A program made the position numbers and the translations under genes. A stretch of 64,000 nucleotides of DNA from Spirochaetaceae bacterium (GTDB lineage Bacteria; Spirochaetota; Spirochaetia; DSM-2461). The notes below the pieces were generated by a model. It saw only the letters and a list, made by a program, of their open reading frames with translations. It made no database searches and had not been told where the DNA came from. The stretch lies in the NCBI GenBank assembly GCA_965224705.1, contig OZ245056.1:1696001-1760000 (forward strand). Reading direction: 5' to 3'. Shown here one piece after another: positions 18,752 through 28,417 of the stretch (its first letter is position 1; the number at the start of each line of letters is the position of its first letter).

Positions 18752-18930
18752 ATGAAAAAACTCATCCTTCTCTACTGACCATCGCTACGCTAATCCTGTC
18801 GGCCCAGAAAAAAGTGGCCCTTGTTATCGGCAACAGTGCCTACGAGCACGTGGCCCCGCTTAAGAACCCGTTAAACGATGCCCAATCGGCGGCTCTTTCC
18901 CTTTTGTGTGAACTTGATTTTCAAGGCATC
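18752..18930 (+). pseudogene. Caspase-family (peptidase C14) N-terminal remnant
   Basis: GGAGG + ATG, a frameshifted signal peptide, then AQKKVALVIGNSAYEHVAPLKNPLNDA; the sequence gives way to an IS remnant. End coordinate approximate. Confidence 0.7.
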
Positions 18931-18989
18931 ATACTCTTCAAAGAGATCAGGTCCCAATGCCCATTTTGACTCTTTAAAGTTCCTGCCCC

Positions 18990-19332
18990 ACCGAGGTACC
19001 CGTTCAATGGTGGAGTCTGAGGAGACCATCTTTCGTTTTGAACCGAGAAGTTTTTTGAATGCGCTTTGACAGCTTTTGTTGTCGAGAGCCAGGAACAGGC
19101 CGACAATGGGCATCAGGAATATGGAGGTGATGATGTGGGTTAAAGGGATCTGAGGCTTGCGGCGGATATCGGTGAAGCAGGAGCCGATTCTTCCGGGTAG
19201 ATCAACCCTGGTTTTGGGCAGTCTGATTATATTCTTCATACACCCTCCCAGATAGTTTTACTTAACCTGGATTGAGGGATGTTTCTGGATCGCTGGGGCA
19301 GGGTGGATGTTTTTTTTAGCCTGGGGAATTTC
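18990..19332 (-). mobile_element. IS family B remnant (one TIR plus transposase-like N-terminus)
   Basis: ~300-bp direct repeat of 16432-16731, ending CTGGGGAATTTC. The translation continues KRKMVSSDSTIERV. Left boundary approximate. Confidence 0.65.
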
Positions 19333-19486
19333 TACATCAGGTTTAAGTCTTAATAGAATTATTGATGACTCATCAACCAACTTTCTGGTATGATGCTTCC
19401 ATGGAAATGATCATTAAGGATGTCGCTGCCGGGGGAAATCTCCGCCAATGTCTCGACTATTACATGAAATACCAGGAAACAAATGA

Positions 19487-20368
19487 GTGAAGGTATTAAA
19501 CTACGGTTCTCTCAATATCGACCACGTATACAGTGTATCCCACATCGCTCGACCGGGCGAAACTTTGCCGAGCCGTGAACTCAATTTCTTTGCCGGAGGA
19601 AAGGGAGCCAACCAGTCAGTGGCCCTGGCCAAAACAGGAGTAGAGGTCTGGCACGCCGGAAAAGTCGGAAAAGACGGGTTGTGGCTGATAGAAGAGCTGA
19701 AAAAGAGGGGCGTCACAACTGACCTGATACGAACCTGCGACGGCCCCACAGGGCACGCCATCATTCAGGTGACTCCAAAGGGGGAAAACTCCATCGTCCT
19801 TTTCGGCGGTGGAAACCATCGGATTACCCCTGAGGAGGTGGAGGAAACCCTGGAGAAATTCGAGGCCGGGGATTATCTGGTTTTACAGAACGAGATTAAC
19901 GGCACCGAAATCATCATGGAGAAGGCATATAAGCTGGGGATGAGAATCTGTCTTAATCCTGCCCCCTTCTCCAAAAAGGTACTGGAATGGCCCCTGCATC
20001 TGGTCGATATTCTGATTGTGAATGAAACCGAAGCCATGGGTCTCGCAGGTTCCCGGATGGAGTTTACCGCATTGGTGGATAAACTCACCCAGATTTGCCC
20101 CGACACAGAAATCATCATGACGGTCGGCAAAGAGGGAGCCTATTTCGGTCACAACAGAGAGAGGGAGTTCGTCCCCAGCCGAGTGGTCAAGGCGGTGGAC
20201 ACCACCGCCGCCGGGGACACATTCATGGGCTACTACATCGCCTCCCGCATGGCGAATCTGGGAATTAAATCGGCCATGGAAAAGGCTGCCCTGGCCGCTT
20301 CAATCACCGTCTCCCGCTCCGGGGCGATGGATTCGATCCCCACAAACTCAGAGCTTCAGGGATATTGA
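19487..20368 (+). CDS. rbsK: Ribokinase (PfkB family)
   Basis: GSLNID, GGKGANQSVA, LQNEI, NPAP, VNETEA and VDTTAAGDTF motifs. Confidence 0.8.
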   Translation: MKVLNYGSLNIDHVYSVSHIARPGETLPSRELNFFAGGKGANQSVALAKTGVEVWHAGKVGKDGLWLIEELKKRGVTTDLIRTCDGPTGHAIIQVTPKGENSIVLFGGGNHRITPEEVEETLEKFEAGDYLVLQNEINGTEIIMEKAYKLGMRICLNPAPFSKKVLEWPLHLVDILIVNETEAMGLAGSRMEFTALVDKLTQICPDTEIIMTVGKEGAYFGHNREREFVPSRVVKAVDTTAAGDTFMGYYIASRMANLGIKSAMEKAALAASITVSRSGAMDSIPTNSELQGY

Positions 20369-20509
20369 ACTGAAAGAAGCTGTGTCAGAAAGCTTGTAGA
20401 CATCTGTTTGCATTGCACCATTTCGACCTGATGGGTAACTTGTCAAATTAACTGTCCACTTTTTTCATGAAACTCATGATGACCTGTCTTTCAAGCTGTC
20501 AAATGAATT

Positions 20510-20599
20510 CCTGAAAAGATTATCATCTACGGGGTGGGCTTCCGCGGTAAGACACTGGCTCTGGAGGCAAGAGAGGGGGCGCTTCGCGCCCAGTTCTGA
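20510..20599 (+). pseudogene. 3'-terminal remnant of an AAA-ATPase/PD-(D/E)XK gene
   Basis: Encodes PEKIIIYGVGFRGKTLALEAREGALRAQF*, matching the C-termini of the four downstream genes. Confidence 0.85.
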
Positions 20600-20777
20600 G
20601 TTGACCCGCATACGGCGTTAAAAGCCGCTTTTCACAAAGTGCATGGGGGATTCTCAAGGGGGACACCCCCTTGAGTCGTATTTTTCTTTGTTAAACTTTC
20701 TTTTTGTCGAAAAAAAAGAAAGTTTAGGCCCAGCGGCCCGAGCGACACCCACAAAACCATGCTATGCTAAAGACGTC
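20600..20777 (+). repeat. Array-1 intergenic spacer, copy 1 (others at 22530-22708, 24488-24680, 26463-26644; split copy at 28418-28700)
   Basis: Near-identical ~180-bp units containing CTCAAGGGGG-loop-CCCCCTTGAG and TAAACTTTCTTTTT-loop-AAAAAGAAAGTTTA hairpins. Confidence 0.92.
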
Positions 20778-22529
20778 ATGAAAAAGAATCTGACTCAGGG
20801 CATCACCGATTTCAAGGAATTCATCGACAATGATTGCTACTTTGTCGATAAAACCCATCTCATAGCGCATCTTATCAATGACCCCAGTAAGGTGCATCTC
20901 ATCACCCGCCCCCGCCGTTTCGGCAAAACCCTGAACCTCAGCATGATCCGCTACTTCTTCGAGGCACCCCCACCGGGCGGCGGCAGCGGCGCCGTGCCGC
21001 CCAATGCTGTGCTGTTCAATGACATGTCCATATCAAAACACCCCCGATGCCGCGAGTACATGGGCCAATATCCGGTGATACATTTAAGCTTCAAGAACGT
21101 AAAAAAATCGAATCATGAAGATTGCATGGCACTTATCAAAGATATGCTCTCCGATGAATTCCGTAGACATCAATACTTGCAAAACTCCGGTATGTTGGAT
21201 GATGCTGATCAAGAATGTTTTATCAGAATGCTGCAAAGAAAAGGTGCCGATCAGGATTGTGCCCAATCCATAAAACACCTCTCCTCCTGGCTCCATCGTG
21301 CCTACGGCAAACCGGTCTACATCCTTCTGGACGAGTACGACACCCCGCTGCACGCCGCCTATACCGACAGTTTTTATGATGAAATGATTGCCTTCATCCG
21401 CAGCTTCATGGTGCAGAGCTTCAAGGACAACCCCAATTTGAAACAGGCGGTGGTCATCGGGATACTCAAAGTGGCCCAGGAAAGCATCTTTAGCGACTTC
21501 AATAACCCGGCGGTGTCCACCGTGCTGAGCGACGCCATGAAGGATTGCTTTGGCTTCACGGAACCCGAAGTGGAAGAAATGGCCGCCTATTTCGGGCAGG
21601 AGTCCAGACTGGACGGCATTCGTCAATGGTACAACGGCTACATCTTCGGCGGCGACACGGTTATCTACAATCCCTGGAGTCTTGTGAGCTATTTCAGAAA
21701 CATCAAGGACGGACTTCTGCCCTACTGGGTGCACACCAGTGCCAACAGGATGGTTAAGGAAACGCTGCAGCTGAACAAAAGGGACAGCCGGGAAACCATG
21801 GAGAGGCTGCTCAGGGGAGAGGAGGTCAGACGGGAGGTGGCACTCAACATCGTCTACCCGCAGATCCGAACCCGCCCGGATGTGGCATGGAGTTTCCTTC
21901 TCCACGGCGGTTATCTCAAGGCCAGCGAAAGGCGGCAGCACGAGTTCAGCCAGGACTACCGGCTGGAAATTCCCAACCGGGAGGTGCGCTATTCCTACAT
22001 GACCACAATCAAGGATTGGCTGGAGGAAGATATGGAGGCAGGCGAATCCTTTCATTTCTTCATCCGCGGCATCAGGGAGGGAAATGCCGCCCTGATCGAG
22101 AGGGGTCTGGGGAAGGTTCTCCTGAGCATGGCCAGTTATTATGACACCGCTGGCGAAGACGAAGAAATGGAGCGGGTGGAGGGCTTCTACCACGGCCTGG
22201 TTCTGGGAATGCTGGCCTACCTGAGCGGCGAGTACACGGTGGAGAGCAACCGGGAATGCGGCATGGGCCGCCCCGACATCGTATTGATTCAACGCGGCTC
22301 CGGGCGGCCGGGTCATATTCTGCTGTTCGAGTTCAAACGGGAACCTGCCGCCGGAACCACGCCGCTCAAGCAGCTGGCGCAGGAGGCCTATGCCCAGGCG
22401 GAGCAAAAATACCTGGAGGGGGCGCAGGAGAAGTGGAACCCGGAAAAGATTATCATTTACGGGGTGGGCTTTCGCGGTAAGGCACTGGCTCTGGAGGCAG
22501 GCGGAGGGACGCTTCGCCCCCAGTTCTGA
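20778..22529 (+). CDS. AAA-ATPase-like / PD-(D/E)XK nuclease protein, copy A
   Basis: Walker A RPRRFGKT, Walker B ILLDEYD, WYNGY, IYNPWS and C-terminal SNRE..GRPDI..LFEFK. Start assigned by alignment with the paralogues (MKKNLTQG). Confidence 0.9.
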   Translation: MKKNLTQGITDFKEFIDNDCYFVDKTHLIAHLINDPSKVHLITRPRRFGKTLNLSMIRYFFEAPPPGGGSGAVPPNAVLFNDMSISKHPRCREYMGQYPVIHLSFKNVKKSNHEDCMALIKDMLSDEFRRHQYLQNSGMLDDADQECFIRMLQRKGADQDCAQSIKHLSSWLHRAYGKPVYILLDEYDTPLHAAYTDSFYDEMIAFIRSFMVQSFKDNPNLKQAVVIGILKVAQESIFSDFNNPAVSTVLSDAMKDCFGFTEPEVEEMAAYFGQESRLDGIRQWYNGYIFGGDTVIYNPWSLVSYFRNIKDGLLPYWVHTSANRMVKETLQLNKRDSRETMERLLRGEEVRREVALNIVYPQIRTRPDVAWSFLLHGGYLKASERRQHEFSQDYRLEIPNREVRYSYMTTIKDWLEEDMEAGESFHFFIRGIREGNAALIERGLGKVLLSMASYYDTAGEDEEMERVEGFYHGLVLGMLAYLSGEYTVESNRECGMGRPDIVLIQRGSGRPGHILLFEFKREPAAGTTPLKQLAQEAYAQAEQKYLEGAQEKWNPEKIIIYGVGFRGKALALEAGGGTLRPQF

Positions 22530-22708
22530 GTTGACCCGCATACGGCGTAAAAAGCCGCTTTTCACAAAGCACATGGGGGATTCTCAAGGGGGCCACCCCC
22601 TTGAGTCGTATTTTTCTTTGTTAAACTTTCTTTTTGTCGAAAAAAAAGAAAGTTTAGGCCCAGCGGCCCGAGCGACCACTCACAAAACCATGCTATGCTA
22701 AAGACACC

Positions 22709-24487
22709 ATGAAAAAGAATCTGACTCAGGGCATCACCGATTTCAAGAAATTCATCGACAATGATTGCTACTTTGTCGATAAAACCCATCTCATAGCATA
22801 TCTTATCAATGACCCCAGCGAAGTGCACCTCATTACCCGCCCCCGGCGCTTCGGTAAAACCCTGAACCTGAGCATGATCCGCTACTTCTTCGAGGCCCCG
22901 CCACTGCACGGCGACCGCGGCGTTAGCAGCGAAGCCTCCACCGAAGAGCCGCCCAATGCGCCCTTGTTCAATGACATGTCCATATCAAAACACCCCCGAT
23001 GCCGCGAATACATGGGCCAATATCCGGTGATACACTTAAGCTTCAAGGACGTGAAAAAATCGAATCATGAAGATTGCATGGCACTCATCAAGGATATGCT
23101 CTCCGATGAATTCCGTAGACATCAATACTTGCAAAACTCCGGCATGTTGGATGACAGGGAACGGACAAAATTTGAAAAAATTCTGTACGATGAGGGCACG
23201 GATCAGGATTGTGCCCAATCCATAAAACACCTCTCCGCCTGGCTCCATCGCGCCTACAACAAACCGGTCTACATCCTTCTGGACGAGTACGACACCCCGC
23301 TGCACGCCGCCTACACCGACAACTTCTACGATGAAATGATTGCCTTCATCCGCAGCTTCATGGTGCAGAGCTTCAAGGACAACCCCAATTTGAAGCAGGC
23401 GGTGGTCATCGGCATACTCAAAGTGGCTCAGGAGAGCATCTTCAGCGACTTCAATAACCCGGCGGTGTCCACCGTGCTGAGCGACGCCATGAAGGATTGC
23501 TTTGGCTTCACGGAACCCGAAGTGGAAGAAATGGCCGCCTATTTTGGGCAGGAGTCCAGACTGGACGGCATTCGTCAATGGTACAACGGCTACATCTTCG
23601 GCGGCGACACGGTCATCTACAATCCCTGGAGTCTCGTGAGCTATTTCAGAAATATCAAGGACGGATTTCTGCCCTACTGGGTGCACACCAGTGCCAACAG
23701 GATGGTCAAGGAAACGCTGCAGCTGAACAAAAGGGACAGCCGGGAAACCATGGAGAGGCTGCTTAAGGGAGAGGAGGTCAGGCGGGAGGTGGCGGTCAAC
23801 ATCGTCTATCCGCAGATACGAACCCGCCCGGATGTGGCATGGAGTTTCCTGCTCCACGGCGGCTACCTGAAGGCCAGCGAAAGGCGGCAGCACGAGATAA
23901 GCCAGGACTACCGGCTGGAAATTCCCAACCGCGAGGTACGCTATTCCTACATGACCACAATCAAGGACTGGCTGGAGGAGGATGTGGAGGCGGGCGAGTC
24001 CTTTCATTCCTTTATCCGCGGCATCAGGGAAGGGGACGCGACCCTGATAGCGGAGGGTCTTGGGGAAATTCTCCTGGGCCTTGCCAGCTTCCACGATACC
24101 GCCTCCCAGGGCGAAAAAGAAGAAAAGAAGCGGGTGGAGGGCTTCTACCACGGCCTGGTTCTGGGGATGCTGGCCTACCTGAGCGGCGAGTACACGGTGG
24201 AGAGCAACCGGGAATGCGGCATGGGCCGCCCCGACATCGTATTGATTCAACGTTGCTCTGGGCGACCCGGTCATGTTCTGCTGTTCGAGTTCAAACGGGA
24301 ACCTGCCGCCGGAACCACGCCGCTCAAGCAGCTGGCACAGGAGGCCCATACCCAGGCGGAGCAAAAATACCTGAAGGGGGCGCGGGAAAAGTGGAACCCG
24401 GAAAAGATTGTCATCTACGGTGTGGGCTTTCGCGGCAAGGCACTGGCTCTGGAAGCAGACGAGGGGGTGCTTCGCACCCAGTCCTGA
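22709..24487 (+). CDS. AAA-ATPase-like / PD-(D/E)XK nuclease protein, copy B
   Basis: Same motifs as copy A; intact 592-aa ORF. Confidence 0.9.
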   Translation: MKKNLTQGITDFKKFIDNDCYFVDKTHLIAYLINDPSEVHLITRPRRFGKTLNLSMIRYFFEAPPLHGDRGVSSEASTEEPPNAPLFNDMSISKHPRCREYMGQYPVIHLSFKDVKKSNHEDCMALIKDMLSDEFRRHQYLQNSGMLDDRERTKFEKILYDEGTDQDCAQSIKHLSAWLHRAYNKPVYILLDEYDTPLHAAYTDNFYDEMIAFIRSFMVQSFKDNPNLKQAVVIGILKVAQESIFSDFNNPAVSTVLSDAMKDCFGFTEPEVEEMAAYFGQESRLDGIRQWYNGYIFGGDTVIYNPWSLVSYFRNIKDGFLPYWVHTSANRMVKETLQLNKRDSRETMERLLKGEEVRREVAVNIVYPQIRTRPDVAWSFLLHGGYLKASERRQHEISQDYRLEIPNREVRYSYMTTIKDWLEEDVEAGESFHSFIRGIREGDATLIAEGLGEILLGLASFHDTASQGEKEEKKRVEGFYHGLVLGMLAYLSGEYTVESNRECGMGRPDIVLIQRCSGRPGHVLLFEFKREPAAGTTPLKQLAQEAHTQAEQKYLKGAREKWNPEKIVIYGVGFRGKALALEADEGVLRTQS

Positions 24488-24680
24488 GTACAAAGTTCTG
24501 AGTTGGCCCGCATACGGCATAAAAAGCCGCTTTTTACAGAGCGCAGGGGGGATTCTCAAGGGGGACACCCCCTTGAGTCGTATTTTTCTTTGTTAAACTT
24601 TCTTTTTGTCGAAAAAAAAGAAAGTTTAGGCCCAGCGGCCCGAGCGACCACTCACAAAACCATGCTATGCTAAAGACACC

Positions 24681-26462
24681 ATGAAAAAGAATCTGACTCA
24701 GGGCATCACCGATTTCAAGAAATTCATCGACAATGATTGCTACTTTGTCGATAAAACCCATCTCATAGCATATCTTATCAATGACCCAAGCGAAGTGCAT
24801 CTCATCACCCGCCCCCGCCGCTTCGGTAAAACCCTGAACCTGAGCATGATCCGCTACTTCTTTGAAGCCCTGCCGCCGGGCGGCAACAGCGGCGTTAGCA
24901 GCGAAGCCTCCACCGAAGAGCCGCCCAATGCCTCATTGTTTAATGACATGTCCATATCAAAACACCCCCGATGCCGCGAATACATGGGCCAATATCCGGT
25001 GATACACTTAAGTTTCAAGAACGTGAAAAATTCGAATTATGAAGATTGCATGGCACTTATCAAAGATATGCTCTCCGATGAATTCCGTAGACATCAATAC
25101 TTGCAAAACTCCGGTATGTTGGATGATGCTGATCAAGAATGTTTTATCAGGATGCTGCAAAGAAAAGGTGCCGATCAGGATTGTGCCCAATCCATAAAAC
25201 ACCTCTCCTCCTGGCTCCATCATGCCTACGGCAAACCGGTCTACATTCTTCTGGACGAGTACGACACCCCGCTGCACGCCGCCTACACCGACAACTTCTA
25301 CGATGCAATGATCGCCTTCATCCGCAGCTTCATGGTGCAGAGCTTCAAGGACAACCCCAATTTGAAGCAGGCGGTGGTCATCGGCATACTCAAAGTGGCC
25401 CAGGAGAGCATTTTCAGTGACTTCAATAACCCCAGGGTGTCCACCCTCATGGATCCAGCAATGAAGAATTGCTTCGGCTTCACGGAACCCGAAGTGGAGG
25501 CCATGGCGGACTACTACGGACTAGGGGACAGGATGGACGGCATCAGGGAATGGTACAACGGTTACATCTTCGGCGGGGACACAGTCATCTACAATCCCTG
25601 GAGCATCATCAACTACCTAAGCGCTCCGGAGGCCGGACTGCGGCCCTACTGGGTGCACACCAGTGCCAACAGGATGGTCAAGGAAACGCTGCAGCTGAAC
25701 AAAAGGGACAGCCGGGAAACCATGGAAAGGCTGCTCAGAGGAGAGGAAGTCAGGCGTGAGGTGGCACTCAACATCGTCTATCCGCAGATACGAACCCGTC
25801 CGGATGTGGCGTGGAGTTTCCTTCTCCACGGCGGCTACCTGAAGGCCAGCGAAAGACGGCAGCACGAGATAAGCCAGGACTACCGGCTGGAAATTCCCAA
25901 CCGGGAGGTGCGCTATTCCTACATGACCACAATCAAGGATTGGCTGGAGGAGGATATGGAGGCCGGTGAATCCTTTCATTTCTTCATCCGCGGTATCAGG
26001 GAAGGGGATGCCACCCTGATCGAGAGAGGTCTGGGGAAGGTTCTCCTGAGCATGGCCAGTTATTACGACACCGCTGATACCGACGACGACGACGAGGAAA
26101 TGGAGCGAGTGGAGGGCTTCTACCACGGTCTGGTTCTGGGAATGCTGGCCTACCTGAGCGGCGAGTACACGGTGGAGAGCAACCGGGAATGCGGCATGGG
26201 CCGCCCCGACATCATATTGATTCAACGCGGCTCCGGGCGGCCGGGTCATATTCTGCTGTTCGAGTTCAAACGGGAGCCTGCCGCCGGAACTACACCGCTC
26301 AAGCAGCTGGCACAGGAGGCCTATTCCCAGGCGGAGAAGAAATACCTGGAGGGGGCACAGGAGAAGTGGAACCCGGAGAAGATTGTCATCTACGGGGTGG
26401 GCTTTCGCGGCAAGACACTGGCTCTGGAGGCAGGCGGAGGGACGCTTCGCGCCCAGTTCTGA
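24681..26462 (+). CDS. AAA-ATPase-like / PD-(D/E)XK nuclease protein, copy C
   Basis: Same motifs as copy A; intact 593-aa ORF. Confidence 0.9.
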   Translation: MKKNLTQGITDFKKFIDNDCYFVDKTHLIAYLINDPSEVHLITRPRRFGKTLNLSMIRYFFEALPPGGNSGVSSEASTEEPPNASLFNDMSISKHPRCREYMGQYPVIHLSFKNVKNSNYEDCMALIKDMLSDEFRRHQYLQNSGMLDDADQECFIRMLQRKGADQDCAQSIKHLSSWLHHAYGKPVYILLDEYDTPLHAAYTDNFYDAMIAFIRSFMVQSFKDNPNLKQAVVIGILKVAQESIFSDFNNPRVSTLMDPAMKNCFGFTEPEVEAMADYYGLGDRMDGIREWYNGYIFGGDTVIYNPWSIINYLSAPEAGLRPYWVHTSANRMVKETLQLNKRDSRETMERLLRGEEVRREVALNIVYPQIRTRPDVAWSFLLHGGYLKASERRQHEISQDYRLEIPNREVRYSYMTTIKDWLEEDMEAGESFHFFIRGIREGDATLIERGLGKVLLSMASYYDTADTDDDDEEMERVEGFYHGLVLGMLAYLSGEYTVESNRECGMGRPDIILIQRGSGRPGHILLFEFKREPAAGTTPLKQLAQEAYSQAEKKYLEGAQEKWNPEKIVIYGVGFRGKTLALEAGGGTLRAQF

Positions 26463-26644
26463 GTTGACCCGCATACGGCGTTAAAAAAGCCGCTTTTCAC
26501 AAAGTGCATGGGGGATTCTCAAGGGGGTGCCCCCCTTTGAGTCGTATTTTTCTTTGTTAAACTTTCTTTTTGTCGAAAAAAAAGAAAGTTTAGGCCCAGC
26601 GGCCCGAGCGACCACTCACAAAACCATGCTATGCTAAAGACGTC

Positions 26645-28417
26645 ATGAAAAAGAATCTGACTCAGGGCATCACCGATTTCAAGGAATTCATCGACAATGA
26701 TTGCTACTTTGTCGATAAAACCCGTCTCCTAGCGCATCTTATCAATGACCCCAGCAAGGTTCATCTCATCACCCGCCCCCGCCGCTTCGGTAAAACCCTG
26801 AACCTCAGCATGATCCGCTACTTCTTCGAGGCCCTGCCGCCGGGCGGCAACAGCGGCGTTAGCGGCGATGCCCCCTCCGAAGAGCCGCCCAATGTCTCAT
26901 TGTTCAATGACATGTCCATATCAAAACACCCCCGATGCCGCGAATACATGGGCCAATATCCGGTGATACACTTAAGTTTCAAGAACGTGAAAAAATCGAA
27001 TCATGAAGATTGCATGACACTTATCAAGGATATGCTCTCCGATGAATTCCGTAGACATCAATACTTGCAAAACTCCGGCATGTTGGAAGACAGGGAACGG
27101 ACAAAATTTGAAAAAATTCTGTACGATGAGGGCACGGATCAGGATTGTGCCCAATCCATAAAACACCTCTCCGCCTGGCTCCATTGTGCCTACGGTAAAC
27201 CGGTCTACATCCTTCTGGACGAGTACGACACCCCGCTGCACGCCGCCTACGCCGACAAATTCTACGATGAGATGATCGCCTTCATCCGCAGCTTCATGGT
27301 ACAGAGCTTCAAGGACAACCCCAATTTGAAGCAGGCGGTGGTCATCGGCATACTCAAAGTGGCCCAGGAGAGCATCTTCAGCGACTTCAACAATCCGGCA
27401 GTGTCCACCCTGCTCGATCCCGAAATGGAGGACTGTTTCGGCTTCACGGAACCCGAAGTGGAGGCCATGGCGGACTACTATGGGCTTGGGGACAGGATGG
27501 ACGGCATCAGGAAATGGTACAACGGCTACATCTTCGGCGGGGACACGATCATCTACAATCCCTGGAGCATAGTCAATTACCTCAGGAGACCATCGGCCGG
27601 ACTGCGCCCCTACTGGGTGCACACCAGTGCCAACAGGATGGTCAAGGAAACGCTGCAGCTGAACAAAAGAGACAGCCGGGAAACCATGGAGAGGCTGCTC
27701 AGGGGAGAGGAGGTCAGACGGGAGGTGGCACTCAACATCGTCTACCCGCAGATACGGACCCGCCCGGATGTGGCATGGAGTTTCCTGCTCCACGGCGGCT
27801 ACTTGAAAGCCAGCGAAAGGCGGCAGCACGAGTTCAGCCAGGACTACCGGCTGGAAATTCCCAACCGGGAGGTGCGCTATTCCTACATGACCACAATCAA
27901 AGACTGGCTGGAGGAGGATGTGGAGGCGGGCGAGTCCTTTCATTTCTTCATCCGCGGCATCAGGGAAGGGGATGCCGCCCTGATCGAGAGGGGTCTGGGG
28001 AAGGTTCTTTTGAGCATGGCCAGTTATTATGACACCACTGGCGAAGACGAGGAAATGGAGCGGGTGGAGGGCTTCTACCACGGACTGGTACTGGGGATGC
28101 TTGCCTACCTGAGTGGCGAGTACACGGTGGAGAGCAACCGGGAATGCGGCATGGGCCGCCCCGACATCGTATTGATTCAGCGCAGCTCCGGGCGGCCCGC
28201 CCATGTTCTGCTGTTCGAGTTCAAACGGGAGCCTCCCGCCGGAACCACGCCGCTCAAGCAGCTGGCGCAGGAGGCCTATTCCCAGGCGGAGCAAAAATAC
28301 CTGAAGGGGGCACAGGAGAAGTGGAACCCGGAGAAGATTGTCATCTACGGGGTGGGCTTTCGCGGCAAGGCACTGGCATTGGAAGCAAGCGGAGGGGCGC
28401 TTCGCGCCCAGTTCTGA
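26645..28417 (+). CDS. AAA-ATPase-like / PD-(D/E)XK nuclease protein, copy D
   Basis: Same motifs as copy A; intact 590-aa ORF. Confidence 0.9.
   Translation: MKKNLTQGITDFKEFIDNDCYFVDKTRLLAHLINDPSKVHLITRPRRFGKTLNLSMIRYFFEALPPGGNSGVSGDAPSEEPPNVSLFNDMSISKHPRCREYMGQYPVIHLSFKNVKKSNHEDCMTLIKDMLSDEFRRHQYLQNSGMLEDRERTKFEKILYDEGTDQDCAQSIKHLSAWLHCAYGKPVYILLDEYDTPLHAAYADKFYDEMIAFIRSFMVQSFKDNPNLKQAVVIGILKVAQESIFSDFNNPAVSTLLDPEMEDCFGFTEPEVEAMADYYGLGDRMDGIRKWYNGYIFGGDTIIYNPWSIVNYLRRPSAGLRPYWVHTSANRMVKETLQLNKRDSRETMERLLRGEEVRREVALNIVYPQIRTRPDVAWSFLLHGGYLKASERRQHEFSQDYRLEIPNREVRYSYMTTIKDWLEEDVEAGESFHFFIRGIREGDAALIERGLGKVLLSMASYYDTTGEDEEMERVEGFYHGLVLGMLAYLSGEYTVESNRECGMGRPDIVLIQRSSGRPAHVLLFEFKREPPAGTTPLKQLAQEAYSQAEQKYLKGAQEKWNPEKIVIYGVGFRGKALALEASGGALRAQF

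Noticed and set aside
20510..20599. Remnant as a diversity-generating retroelement template repeat for the gene 3' ends
   Set aside because: Differences from copies A-D include many non-adenine positions (TTC/TTT, GGT/GGC, GCC/CCC), and no reverse transcriptase is present in the window.
20643..20777. 45-aa N-terminal extension of copy A
   Set aside because: It is the translated spacer repeat and is not in frame in the other copies; all paralogues begin at M(K/E)KNLTQG.
21084..28294. Long antisense ORFs (496, 510, 285 and 440 aa) opposite the array genes
   Set aside because: They are shadow frames of the sense genes with inconsistent lengths between copies and no recognisable motifs.
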